Shown: positions 10,875 to 19,870 of the stretch, in pieces
Position numbering within the stretch: the first letter of the stretch is position 1
How the letters are laid out: every line of letters begins with the position of its first letter
Origin: Chthoniobacteraceae bacterium
GTDB taxonomy: Bacteria; Verrucomicrobiota; Verrucomicrobiia; Chthoniobacterales; Chthoniobacteraceae
Reading direction: 5' to 3'
Length of the DNA: 64,000 bases
Assembly: GCA_037190965.1 (NCBI GenBank)
Contig: JBBCKI010000063.1
Location: 18,206-82,205, forward strand
Made by a program: the position numbers and the translations under genes
The notes under the pieces: generated by a model
Told to the model about the DNA's origin: nothing
The model's database searches: none
The model's input: only the letters and a program-made list of their open reading frames with translations

Positions 10875-10903
10875 TTGACAAAACGCCGGTTTCCCGCCAT
10901 TTT
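10875..10903 (+). promoter_or_regulatory. Putative sigma70 promoter of tRNA-Lys
   Basis: TTGACA-17 nt-CATTTT lies directly upstream of the tRNA. Confidence 0.55.
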
Positions 10904-10919
10904 CCACCCCCTCGAAAGG

Positions 10920-10995
10920 GCATCCTTAGCTCAATTGGTAGAGCACGTGACTCTTAATCACTAGGTTCTGGGTTCGAGTCCCAGAGGATGCACCA
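10920..10995 (+). tRNA. tRNA-Lys (anticodon CTT)
   Basis: The cloverleaf has acceptor stem GCATCCT/AGGATGC, D-arm AGCTCAATTGGTAGAGC, anticodon loop CT-CTT-AA, T-arm GGTTCGAGTCC and an encoded CCA. Confidence 0.97.
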
Positions 10996-11098
10996 TTAAA
11001 CTCCTGAAAATCAGGAGCTTACGAGAGCGGCGGCGATTCGCCCGTCGCCCGGTAACTACATTGAACGGGGACTCGCTCTCCCTAGAGAACCTCCGCGA

Positions 11099-12571
11099 CT
11101 ATCGCAAAACCACTTCCGAATCATGTTCGGAGAACGAAACTTCATCTCTGAGACGCCCAAATAGACTCAGAAGTGGACCGGTAAGAGCAGTGGTTACGAG
11201 AGCCATGATCACCAGCATGGTGAAAATACGGGGCGAAAGAATGCCAAGATCGTAGCCGATGTTGAGGGCGATCAATTCCATCAATCCTCGCGTATTCATC
11301 AAGGCCCCCAGTTGGAGAGAGTCTTTCCAACTCATACCGGTAAAGCGGGCGGCAACGGCTGATCCCCCCAGTTTTCCCAAGGTGGCCACGGCGATAATCA
11401 AGAGACAAATCATCCAGTCCTGAAAACCTTCGAGAAGTCCTATCTGGGTTCTTAACCCGGTAAAGGCGAAGAACAAGGGGAGCAAAAGAACAGAAGCGAA
11501 GTTCTCAATGCGAATCCCCAGTTTATGCCGGAAGTTCGAGGTTTCAGGCATGATGGCTCCGGCAAGAAAGGCTCCAAACAAGGCGTGAATCCCCATGACT
11601 TCCGTGCAAAGGGCTGCACCAAGTACCGTGCAAACAACGATGGCGAGCGCGCGCTTGGAAGGATTGGCGGATTCCAGTTCGGCTGCTCCAAGGAGTTTTG
11701 GCAGTGCACCCCGAACACCCCAAACCATTGCCCCGATAAACAAGAGAACCAGTGCAAGGTTGAAGGCAGAGGCGGTCATGCTCGTAGCCCGTGCAATCGC
11801 GACGACAAACGCCAAGGCGCTCCACGCAGTGACATCATCCACCGCCGCGCAAGTCACCGCTGTGTTGCCGAGGTATGTCTTGGATAGATTCCTCTCTTGA
11901 AGGATGCGCGCCAGCACTGGAAAAGCCGTGATGCTCATTGAGATCCCCATAAACAAGGCGAAAGCGGTGAAGTTGGTTCCCGGTTGAGCCAGGCTGCTAT
12001 AGAGGAAGTAGGCTAGGACAACCCCCAGAAAATAAGGGGCAACGATACTAGCGTGGCTAACGACAACCGCCGTGTGTGCCTTGTTCCTGACCTGCTTGAC
12101 GTCAAGCTCCATCCCGACGGCGAACATAAAAAGGCAGACCCCAATCTGGCTCAATAGCTTGAGCGTGCCGAAGGAACTTTCAGGAAAGATAAAATGGAGC
12201 GCCCCTGGAGCCATTAAGCCCAAAAGGGAAGGTCCAAGCAGGATTCCCGCTGTCATCTCGCCAATCACGGCGGGCTGTCCACACTTGGTAAACAACCCTC
12301 CCAAAAGGCGGGATGCCGCAATAATCACCAGCAGCTGAATAAAAAGGTGGCTGAGAGGATGATCGAAGTTGGCTCGCAACCCCTCCAGCATCAATTGCCC
12401 GACAGAATTCGAACCTCCGCCCTCTATCGTTGCAGCTTGTGCCACGGCGGCGACTCCATCGACCCCTGGCAGTGGCGGAGCGGGTAAATGCGCGCCCAGC
12501 CTGATCACGGCCGCGATGGCAAGCCCAACAAACGTAACAAGAACGACATAGAAGACAGTCGTGTTCCTCAT
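11099..12571 (-). CDS. Cation/H+ antiporter (CPA2 / Na_H_Exchanger family)
   Basis: This multi-TM protein has GQPAVIGE..GILLGPS, SITAFPVLARIL, AAVDDVTAW and LMNTRGLMEL. The start MRNTTVFY at 12571 has an ATGA overlap with the upstream gene. Confidence 0.92.
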   Translation of the reverse strand: MRNTTVFYVVLVTFVGLAIAAVIRLGAHLPAPPLPGVDGVAAVAQAATIEGGGSNSVGQLMLEGLRANFDHPLSHLFIQLLVIIAASRLLGGLFTKCGQPAVIGEMTAGILLGPSLLGLMAPGALHFIFPESSFGTLKLLSQIGVCLFMFAVGMELDVKQVRNKAHTAVVVSHASIVAPYFLGVVLAYFLYSSLAQPGTNFTAFALFMGISMSITAFPVLARILQERNLSKTYLGNTAVTCAAVDDVTAWSALAFVVAIARATSMTASAFNLALVLLFIGAMVWGVRGALPKLLGAAELESANPSKRALAIVVCTVLGAALCTEVMGIHALFGAFLAGAIMPETSNFRHKLGIRIENFASVLLLPLFFAFTGLRTQIGLLEGFQDWMICLLIIAVATLGKLGGSAVAARFTGMSWKDSLQLGALMNTRGLMELIALNIGYDLGILSPRIFTMLVIMALVTTALTGPLLSLFGRLRDEVSFSEHDSEVVLR

Positions 12572-14160
12572 ACCTTCATTGTTTCTTTTGAAGACACCGG
12601 TGTGCATGCGACTTCTGGGCACTTGAGGTCCGGAGCAACAGGAGCTTCCGACTCACCCCAGCTCCGCCACCCCTCCCTGATCTCCAGAATCGCCCATTCT
12701 CCCAACATCGTGAATAGGCGCACCGTATCTCTACGATTCAACGTAAAGCCGGGAATCAGGCAGCGGTTCCCCTTGTTCGTTCGCCCCAGCAGCCCCAAGC
12801 GCCGCCGACGCCGGGCAATAGCGGCAAAGCGCCGGTTATAAAGGCTCATCAAGGAAGCGACGATTCCCCCGCCAGGGCGTGTGAAGGGAGGTTCATAAAG
12901 CGCAGTGGCCCCATCACGAAATGGCGGGACCACGACGCCCCAATAATAGAGACTCAAATCAAGCCGAAAGGCGAGACTCATCAAATCCCACTCCCCCATG
13001 TAATGGTATTTGTCTTTGTAGAGGCTCGTAAACCAACGCCGATGACAAGCGCTGAAATCATTGTTGTACTTGGAAAGCAACGGCGCCATCTCCATGCCTT
13101 TGCGCTGCTGGGTAATCAGATTCGCCGCGCTACTGGTCGTAAACGAAATCCAGTCCATACCCGGGCTGTAGAAAGGGTCCATGAACGCAGCCGCATCGCC
13201 GACGAGGACGAAGCCATCACCGGCAAAGGTGGTACTGTAGTAAGCGAGATTTCGCCTCCAGTGGACGTCCTCCTCATCATACTCAGCATCCTGGAGAATC
13301 TCCCGGGCTACGGGATGTTTCATCAGAAATGCCTTGAGGCGCTCTCCAATCTTGCCTTCCGTCTCCCACTGGACAATCCGTTGGTCAAACACAATCCCCA
13401 CACTGGTATCGCCACCCTTCAGAGGAATCCACCAACTCCACCAGCCATCTCCAATAATATGGTTCGTCGCCGTACCGCGAATCCCATAAATCGCCTGTGC
13501 CCAAGCCGGATATTTAGTGGCCAGTTCCAGCCCATCCCAATCCTTCAAGCCTTTCCATCGGGACCACGCCGCCGCCGTCGGATGCTCATCGTTCCGTCTC
13601 CACCATCCGTTCTTCCGTGCCAACAAAGCAGCAACGCCTGAAGCATCAACGACCCAACGGGCTTTGAACGTACGGGTTTCCTCCCCATATTTAACCTCGA
13701 CACGCTGCTGCCCTCCGGCAACCAGCTCCACGTTTCTAATGGTCGCAGGCCGAAGAATCTCAGCTCCGGCAACTCCCGCCCGACGCAGGACCTCTTCATC
13801 AAACGTCGCCCGATCAAGCTGGTACGAGGGGAGTCGCACGAGGTACTTTGCCCCCAGCTCACTTGCCTCAGCAATGGTTTCTACTGCGTCATTCTTGAAC
13901 CAAAACCGCAATCCTTGCTTCGCGATATGATTTTCATTCAGGTAGCGGGTAAGCCCCAGGACCCGCCCCATAAAGAATGCGCTGACCTCGACTGTCGCCT
14001 CCCCGACGCGGCGGGATAGCTTCTCAGACCGCTCGATAATGAGCACCCGAAGACCAGGATTATGCCGCAAGAGCAAAGTTGCCGTTGCGGCTCCGGAGAG
14101 CGCTCCCCCCAGAACAATGACATCATAGTCACCTGCAGGATGCGGGGAGGATGGATTCAT
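12568..14160 (-). CDS. FAD-dependent oxidoreductase, flavin-dependent halogenase-like
   Basis: It has a Rossmann motif DVIVLGGALSG, RVGEATVE, a Lys in HIAKQGLRF, a WSWWIPL (WxWxIP) motif and GDAAAFMDPFYSPG. Confidence 0.75.
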   Translation of the reverse strand: MNPSSPHPAGDYDVIVLGGALSGAATATLLLRHNPGLRVLIIERSEKLSRRVGEATVEVSAFFMGRVLGLTRYLNENHIAKQGLRFWFKNDAVETIAEASELGAKYLVRLPSYQLDRATFDEEVLRRAGVAGAEILRPATIRNVELVAGGQQRVEVKYGEETRTFKARWVVDASGVAALLARKNGWWRRNDEHPTAAAWSRWKGLKDWDGLELATKYPAWAQAIYGIRGTATNHIIGDGWWSWWIPLKGGDTSVGIVFDQRIVQWETEGKIGERLKAFLMKHPVAREILQDAEYDEEDVHWRRNLAYYSTTFAGDGFVLVGDAAAFMDPFYSPGMDWISFTTSSAANLITQQRKGMEMAPLLSKYNNDFSACHRRWFTSLYKDKYHYMGEWDLMSLAFRLDLSLYYWGVVVPPFRDGATALYEPPFTRPGGGIVASLMSLYNRRFAAIARRRRRLGLLGRTNKGNRCLIPGFTLNRRDTVRLFTMLGEWAILEIREGWRSWGESEAPVAPDLKCPEVACTPVSSKETMKV

Positions 14161-14200
14161 TGCTGAGGAAGTGCCGGTTAAAGCGACATCAAGCGTTGCG

Positions 14201-15472
14201 TTAAGGTTTTGGTTCCTTCTTGGGCTCCTTCAGATTCAGCCGGGGTGTGATTGAAATATAACGCTGAAGCCAGCAGACAAAATAGAACTGCCAAACCTGA
14301 ATCCGCAGCCACCAGTTAAGGTCAGTATTCCCCGCGACCAGATTATGAACTCCCCGCTCCATTCCCTTGGGAGGTTTGGGCGTCATGAAGACCTCAAAGG
14401 AATGGTTGTCGTAGAACATCCGGATCATTCGCAGGAAGACCTTGCACATTTTGCCGACCTGCTTGGTGTAAGCACTCTGCTCGCCGAGACTGAGCCCTCG
14501 CCCCTTCTTATCCGCTGCCACGATCTTTTGCGCTGCCAGGTAGCCTGATTTAATCGAAAGCATCACCCCCGAGGAAAAAATGGGATCAATAAATCCGGCG
14601 GCGTCTCCCACCAGAATCCAGCGTTCACCCGCATTGCGGAGGTGACGATAGGTGTAATCTCCCGCGAAGCTGTAGTCGCTTACTCTTTCCGCACCGCCCA
14701 TCCGATCCTGCAATTCGGTCGTCGTTGCCACGACATGCTCATAACACTCCGCGGGCGACATCTTGGTCTGCTTGAAATGTTCAAGGGTTTGGACCAAACC
14801 GACAGAAGTTTTTTCCTGATCAAGGGGAATCATCCAGAACCAGCCAAAATCGAGGCGCACAATGGTGATATGCCCATCGTGTGGCGCAGGATTGCGCTTC
14901 ACATTCTTGAAATGCGCAAAGGTGGCGAACTTCTTGGGCATCCCCAGATCCGTCTTTTCGAGCCCGAACTGCTTCCCCAGGAAAGCATCACGCCCCGTGG
15001 CATCCACGATCCAGCGCGCAGTCAGTTCCTTCGTTTCGCCAAGGTACTCGCACGTTACGGCGAAATGGTCCTTTCCCTCCTGAACGCAAGTCACCTTGCA
15101 TTCCTCCCAGATTTCGCATCCCAGGGAGGCGGAGTGATTGAGAAGCAGGTGATCGAACTTCGACCGTTCCACCTGAAACGTCTGACCATGCTGCGGCTTC
15201 AGATACCGGGCAAAGAGGATCTGGATCTTCGCCATTGCGTTGCCGAGGACAAACTCCGCCCCCAGCTTTGGCATAAAGCCCGCGTTCACCATCTTGTCCC
15301 ACACTCCGATCTTCCGAAAAACGTCGTTTCCAAACGGAATCAACGATTCTCCCACATGGAATCGGGGAAACTTCTCCCGCTCCAGAATAAGCACTTTTTT
15401 CCCAGCCTGGGCCAAAGCGCTTCCGGTGGTACTGCCGCCCGGTCCTCCGCCTATGATGATCACGTCGTACAT
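14201..15472 (-). CDS. FAD-dependent oxidoreductase, flavin-dependent halogenase-like
   Basis: It has GGGPGG, FPRFHVGESL, a Lys in GFMPKLGA, a WFWMIPL (WxWxIP) motif and GDAAGFIDPIFSSG. Confidence 0.78.
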   Translation of the reverse strand: MYDVIIIGGGPGGSTTGSALAQAGKKVLILEREKFPRFHVGESLIPFGNDVFRKIGVWDKMVNAGFMPKLGAEFVLGNAMAKIQILFARYLKPQHGQTFQVERSKFDHLLLNHSASLGCEIWEECKVTCVQEGKDHFAVTCEYLGETKELTARWIVDATGRDAFLGKQFGLEKTDLGMPKKFATFAHFKNVKRNPAPHDGHITIVRLDFGWFWMIPLDQEKTSVGLVQTLEHFKQTKMSPAECYEHVVATTTELQDRMGGAERVSDYSFAGDYTYRHLRNAGERWILVGDAAGFIDPIFSSGVMLSIKSGYLAAQKIVAADKKGRGLSLGEQSAYTKQVGKMCKVFLRMIRMFYDNHSFEVFMTPKPPKGMERGVHNLVAGNTDLNWWLRIQVWQFYFVCWLQRYISITPRLNLKEPKKEPKP

Positions 15473-15633
15473 CGTCGCTCAAATAATCGCTGGAGGGCCA
15501 CGATGAGGTTTTCCCTCATTCATGAGGGTCACCGGGAGCAGCCACTCCACAAGGCGAGGGAATCTACCGAAAAGCCACCTGGATCTGTCAATGCGCATTT
15601 CAGCTTTGGGCTGGCCTCCACATCGAATAAATA

Positions 15634-15667
15634 TTGACGTTAACGTATTTTCAGTAAATACTGAAAA
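15634..15667 (+). promoter_or_regulatory. Promoter overlapped by a palindromic operator of the GbsR/MarR regulator
   Basis: TTGACG-17 nt-AATACT overlaps the perfect 9-2-9 palindrome TTTTCAGTA-aa-TACTGAAAA at 15648-15667. Confidence 0.75.
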
Positions 15668-15669
15668 CG

Positions 15670-16215
15670 ATGAATCAAAAGCCCACCGACGCCAATCAAG
15701 CTGATCGCGCTGCGCTTGTGCAGGCTCGCGATGAGTTTGTGACGCAGTGGGGGGCTATCGGGAACGCATGGGGGATCAACCGGACGATGGCTCAGATTCA
15801 TGCCCTGCTCATCACCACTCCCGTCCCGTTAACCACGGACGAGATTATGGAGGATCTCAAAATCAGCCGGGGTAACGCGCATGGTAATCTCCGCGATCTC
15901 GTCAGTTGGGGGCTTGTCCGGAGCGTGGTGCGAAAAGGCGAACGCAAGGAATACTTCGAGGCCGAAAAGGATGTCTGGAAGATGTTCTGCATCATCAGCC
16001 GTGAACGCCGCCGCCGGGAATTGAGGCCCGCGATGGGCGTGTTGCAGGAATGTGCGGAGCGGACCAAGAATCTCAAAGGACCTGAGGCCGCCGCCTTCAA
16101 CGATCAGATCCGGGCCCTGAGCGATTTTCTCAAAATGGCGGACGATGTCGTTTCAAAAATTTCAGCCTCGCAACAGAGCAGCATCATCCCATGGGCGATG
16201 AAATTTTTGAAATGA
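15670..16215 (+). CDS. GbsR/MarR-family transcriptional regulator
   Basis: Motifs FVTQWGAIGNAWGINRTMAQIHALL, HTH ISRGNAHGNLRDL and GERKEYFEAEKDVW are present. Confidence 0.9.
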   Translation: MNQKPTDANQADRAALVQARDEFVTQWGAIGNAWGINRTMAQIHALLITTPVPLTTDEIMEDLKISRGNAHGNLRDLVSWGLVRSVVRKGERKEYFEAEKDVWKMFCIISRERRRRELRPAMGVLQECAERTKNLKGPEAAAFNDQIRALSDFLKMADDVVSKISASQQSSIIPWAMKFLK

Positions 16216-16245
16216 CCCCGGGTTGGCCCCTTTTTTTGAGCTTAA

Positions 16246-16265
16246 TTTTCAGAAAATACTGAAAC
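16246..16265 (+). promoter_or_regulatory. Second copy of the GbsR-type operator
   Basis: TTTTCAGAAAATACTGAAAC is 18/20 identical to 15648-15667 and lies upstream of the three-gene operon. Confidence 0.7.
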
Positions 16266-16289
16266 TACAAAACATACAGAATAAACCAT

Positions 16290-16691
16290 ATGACACCCAT
16301 CGTCTGGACCTATATCACCTACCTGGCCATCAGCATCGGGCTCACTGTCTGGGTTGCAAAAACGCTGCACAAGAATGGCCGGATTTTTCTGGTCGACACC
16401 TTTCGAGGGAATGAGCCGATGGCCGATTCCATCAATCATCTGTTGGTCGTGGGCTTTTACCTCATCAACATCGGCTACGTCAGCCTGGCCTTGAAGCACG
16501 GTGAAAATGTGAAGGATCTCCAGGGGATCCTGGAAGCCCTCAGCACCAAGGTCGGCGTGGTGCTCCTCGTCCTGGGCGGGATGCACTTCTTCAACCTGTT
16601 TGTCTTCTCCAAGATGCGCCGTCGGGCCATGATCAATACCGCTCCGCCTCCCATCGCCCCGCAAGGGCGGGTCCAGGTTAATGTCCCATGA
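16290..16691 (+). CDS. Conserved hypothetical membrane protein (3 TM)
   Basis: It has hydrophobic helices and the motif NGRIFL..ADSINHLLVVGFYLINIGY. Confidence 0.8.
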   Translation: MTPIVWTYITYLAISIGLTVWVAKTLHKNGRIFLVDTFRGNEPMADSINHLLVVGFYLINIGYVSLALKHGENVKDLQGILEALSTKVGVVLLVLGGMHFFNLFVFSKMRRRAMINTAPPPIAPQGRVQVNVP

Positions 16692-17191
16692 ACCGGCTCT
16701 ACGTGCTCTTTGACGCCACCTGCGGGCTTTGCGTGAATTGCAGGAATTGGTTGAGGGAACAACCCGCGTTTGTGGAGTTGACCTTCATCCCCCTGCAATC
16801 ACCCGAACTTGAGCACCTCTTTCCCGGGATCGAGGTGTTCAACCCCAAAGATCAATTGCTGGTCATCAGCGATGAAGGCGCGGTCTATCAAGGGCCTCAT
16901 GCATGGATCATCTGTCTCTACGCCTTGAAGAACTACCGGGAATGGTCGCAGCGCCTCGCCCAGCCCGCGCTGCTTCCATTCGCCCGGCGGGCGTTCGAGA
17001 TGCTTTCGCAAAATCGGCTGTTCCTCTCCCGTTGGTTCGCGCATGAAAGCCCGGAAGCGCTGAGGGATCACCTCGCCGCCCAGCCTGGGCAGGTTTGCGC
17101 TTCCGATGGGGCATGCAGCAGGCCAAATCCGGAACACCGGGCCATTGCCAAAGTAAATATTATGCCGCGACAACTCAACACAAGGCCATGA
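16688..17191 (+). CDS. DCC1-like thiol-disulfide oxidoreductase (DUF393)
   Basis: It has the N-terminal motif VLFDATCGLC (DxxCxxC) and ATGA overlaps on both sides. Confidence 0.85.
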   Translation: MNRLYVLFDATCGLCVNCRNWLREQPAFVELTFIPLQSPELEHLFPGIEVFNPKDQLLVISDEGAVYQGPHAWIICLYALKNYREWSQRLAQPALLPFARRAFEMLSQNRLFLSRWFAHESPEALRDHLAAQPGQVCASDGACSRPNPEHRAIAKVNIMPRQLNTRP

Positions 17192-18177
17192 AACTAGTCA
17201 TCCCGGGCGGTTCGGGCCAGGTAGGGACGCTCCTTGCACGGGCGTTCCACAAAGATGGCCACGAGGTCGTCGTCCTTAGCCGGCAACCAAACGGAAATGC
17301 CCCATGGCGCATCGTTCCATGGGATGCGCGGACGCTCGGAGCCTGGACGACGGAAATCGAAGGAGCCGATGCCGTCATCAACCTCGCTGGCCGTAGCGTC
17401 AACTGTCGCTATACTCCCGCGAACCGCCGGATCATCAAAGAATCCCGCGTGAATGCGACCAGGGTGATCGGGAATGCGATTGCGCGTTCCAACCAGCCAC
17501 CGCATGTCTGGCTTCAGGCGAGCACGGCGACTCTCTATGCGCACCGCTATGACAAGGCGAACGACGAAGCCAGAGGCATTCTCGGCGGGGATGAACCGGG
17601 CGCGCCGGACACCTGGCGCTTCAGCATCGATGTCGCCAAATCGTGGGAAAAAGCGGCGAGCGAGGCCGGTCCCCTACCCCACACACGCACGGTGCTGATG
17701 CGCTCCGCGATTACCATGAGCCCGGACGCTGGAGGGGCGTTCGATCTTTTGCTAAGGCTGGTTAGGTACGGCCTGGGCGGGCGCTCGGGCGATGGCCGCC
17801 AGTACGTTTCCTGGATTCATGAGGAAGACTTCATCCGCGCTGTCTACTGGCTTATCGAAAACGAAGGAGTGGCCGGGCCGGTGAATCTTGCCGCCCCCGG
17901 GCCGCTGCCGAACGCCGACTTCATGCGCGGGCTTCGCGAAGCCTGGGGCATTCGGCTGGGACTGCCCTCGACCGAGTGGATGCTGGAAATCGGCGCGCGG
18001 CTGCTGCAAACGGAAACCGAGTTGATCCTGAAAAGTCGCCGCGTGGTTCCCGGCTTGCTGATGCAACATGGGTTTGACTTCCAATTCCCCACATGGCCCG
18101 TTGCAGCCCGCGATCTCTGCCGCCGCTGGCGCGAGTTGCGCGCGCGATCATTCGCTGCACAAGGTCACGACCGATAG
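17188..18177 (+). CDS. TIGR01777 / YfcH-like NAD-dependent epimerase family oxidoreductase
   Basis: Motifs MKLVIPGGSGQVG, INLAGRSVNCRY, GDGRQYVSWIH and ELILKSRRVVP are present. Confidence 0.9.
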   Translation: MKLVIPGGSGQVGTLLARAFHKDGHEVVVLSRQPNGNAPWRIVPWDARTLGAWTTEIEGADAVINLAGRSVNCRYTPANRRIIKESRVNATRVIGNAIARSNQPPHVWLQASTATLYAHRYDKANDEARGILGGDEPGAPDTWRFSIDVAKSWEKAASEAGPLPHTRTVLMRSAITMSPDAGGAFDLLLRLVRYGLGGRSGDGRQYVSWIHEEDFIRAVYWLIENEGVAGPVNLAAPGPLPNADFMRGLREAWGIRLGLPSTEWMLEIGARLLQTETELILKSRRVVPGLLMQHGFDFQFPTWPVAARDLCRRWRELRARSFAAQGHDR

Positions 18178-18782
18178 CGAACCAACAGGAAACCAGAGGC
18201 GGGGCTGGAGCCGACATTGGTGATCCTGTGCGGCAGATCGGCGGCGTAGTGGATGGAATCCCCCTTGCGCAGTTGGGTCTCGTGTTCCCCGGAACGAACC
18301 ACGATCGTGCCGCTCACGACGGTCAGGATTTCCTCCGTTCCGCGATAGTGAGGCTCGGAGACCAACTCGCCCTTCGGCTTGAAGGTCAACTCGTAGAACT
18401 CGATCTGCTTTTCGAGATCGAGCGGCGATAGTGTCCGAACGGTGCAACCCGGGTTGGCGGGGAAAAGCGACCGCTCATCGTTCGCGCGGATCGTTCGCCA
18501 GACCCGTGGCGTGGAGGGTTGGCATGGCAGCAGGGTCGTCGGCTCCACCCGCAAGCCGCTCGCGATGCGGAGAAGCACGGCCACGGTCGGGTTCGTCTTC
18601 GATTGCTCAATCTGCGAGAGCATCCCTTTGCTCACCCCGCTGAGCCGGGCGAGGTCGTCGAGCGTGATCCCCTGCCGCATCCGCTCCCCGCGGATGATCT
18701 GGCCCAGCGGAGAGCCGGGGGCTGGGTTTCCCCCCCCATTTCCCCCATCGGAATTCAATATATTAAATTTTTTATTTGCCAT
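18165..18782 (-). CDS. XRE-family HTH + cupin transcriptional regulator (PuuR/SutR-like)
   Basis: It has the HTH TLDDLARLSGVSKGMLSQIE..NPT and a cupin region EPHYRGTEE..GDSIHYAADLPH. It is divergent from tdh. Confidence 0.9.
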   Translation of the reverse strand: MANKKFNILNSDGGNGGGNPAPGSPLGQIIRGERMRQGITLDDLARLSGVSKGMLSQIEQSKTNPTVAVLLRIASGLRVEPTTLLPCQPSTPRVWRTIRANDERSLFPANPGCTVRTLSPLDLEKQIEFYELTFKPKGELVSEPHYRGTEEILTVVSGTIVVRSGEHETQLRKGDSIHYAADLPHRITNVGSSPASGFLLVRYRS

Positions 18783-18803
18783 GACAGGTTCAGTATATTA
18801 AAC
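18753..18803. promoter_or_regulatory. Two pseudo-palindromic operator-like boxes between the XRE regulator and tdh
   Basis: ATTCAATATATTAAAT (18753-18768) and GTTCAGTATATTAAAC (18788-18803) sit in an AT-rich divergent promoter region. Confidence 0.65.
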
Positions 18804-18811
18804 AGCAGAGT

Positions 18812-19870
18812 ATGAGCAATTCGCAAATGCGAGCGATCATCAAGGAGACGGCGGCACCGGGGCTCACCCTCACCGAACGCCCGATTCCCACCCCCGGGCC
18901 GGGTCAGGTCCGGATCAAAGTCAAAGTAGTCGGCATCTGCGGGACCGACCTTCATATCTGGCTTTGGGACAAATGGGCGGCGAGCCGCGTCAAGCCGGGC
19001 ACCATCGTCGGACATGAATTCATGGGCGTCGTGGACGCGCTGGGCGACGGCGTCACCGGCATTTCCGTCGGCGACCGCGTTTCGGGCGAAGGCCATATCG
19101 GCTGTGGCCGCTGTTACACCTGTCGCACGGGGAACTCCCATATCTGCGAGCATGTGGACATCATCGGCATCGATGTCAACGGCTGCTTTGCCGATTACCT
19201 GCTGCTCCCCGCCACCAATGTCTGGCCGCTTTCCGACGACATTCCCGACCACCTCGGGGCGATTCACGACCCGTTTGGCAACGCGATGCATACGGTGATG
19301 AGCGTCCCCGTTTCCGGGAAAACCGTGTTGATCATGGGCTCAGGCATGATCGGGGCAATGGCCGTGGGAATCTGTCGCGCGATCGGCGCTTTCCAGATCA
19401 TTGCGGTCGATCCGAACCCGGAGAAACTCAATCTCGCGCGGCAAATGGGAGCGCACCACACGCTTGATCCCCGTTTGCATGACGTTAAAAAAATCATCCG
19501 TGAATTAACCAAGGGCGAAGGCGTCGACACGCTGCTGGAGATGTCCGGCAACGGAGGGGCGATCCGCTCCGGGCTGGATCTGACGCGCAACGGCGGTCAT
19601 GTCGCCCTGTTGGGAATTCCCGCCGAAGAGGTCTCGCTCGATCTCGCCCGCGACATCATCTTCAAAGGGCTGACCGTGCATGGCATCAACGGGCGGCGCA
19701 TGTATGAAACCTGGTTCCAGTGTACCGGCTTCCTGCGCAACCGCCTGCTCGACCTCTCGCCGATCATCACGCATCATCTCCCCTTCGAGTCGTTCGAAAA
19801 AGGGTTGGAGTTGATGAAATGTGGCAAGGCGGGGAAAATCGTTCTTTATCTCGACAAAACGGAAGCATGA
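18812..19870 (+). CDS. tdh: L-threonine 3-dehydrogenase
   Basis: It has Zn-ADH motifs GICGTDLHI, GHEFMG, VSGEGHIGCGRCYTCRTG and DPFGNAMHT, plus GINGRRMYETW. It is adjacent to kbl. Confidence 0.95.
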   Translation: MSNSQMRAIIKETAAPGLTLTERPIPTPGPGQVRIKVKVVGICGTDLHIWLWDKWAASRVKPGTIVGHEFMGVVDALGDGVTGISVGDRVSGEGHIGCGRCYTCRTGNSHICEHVDIIGIDVNGCFADYLLLPATNVWPLSDDIPDHLGAIHDPFGNAMHTVMSVPVSGKTVLIMGSGMIGAMAVGICRAIGAFQIIAVDPNPEKLNLARQMGAHHTLDPRLHDVKKIIRELTKGEGVDTLLEMSGNGGAIRSGLDLTRNGGHVALLGIPAEEVSLDLARDIIFKGLTVHGINGRRMYETWFQCTGFLRNRLLDLSPIITHHLPFESFEKGLELMKCGKAGKIVLYLDKTEA

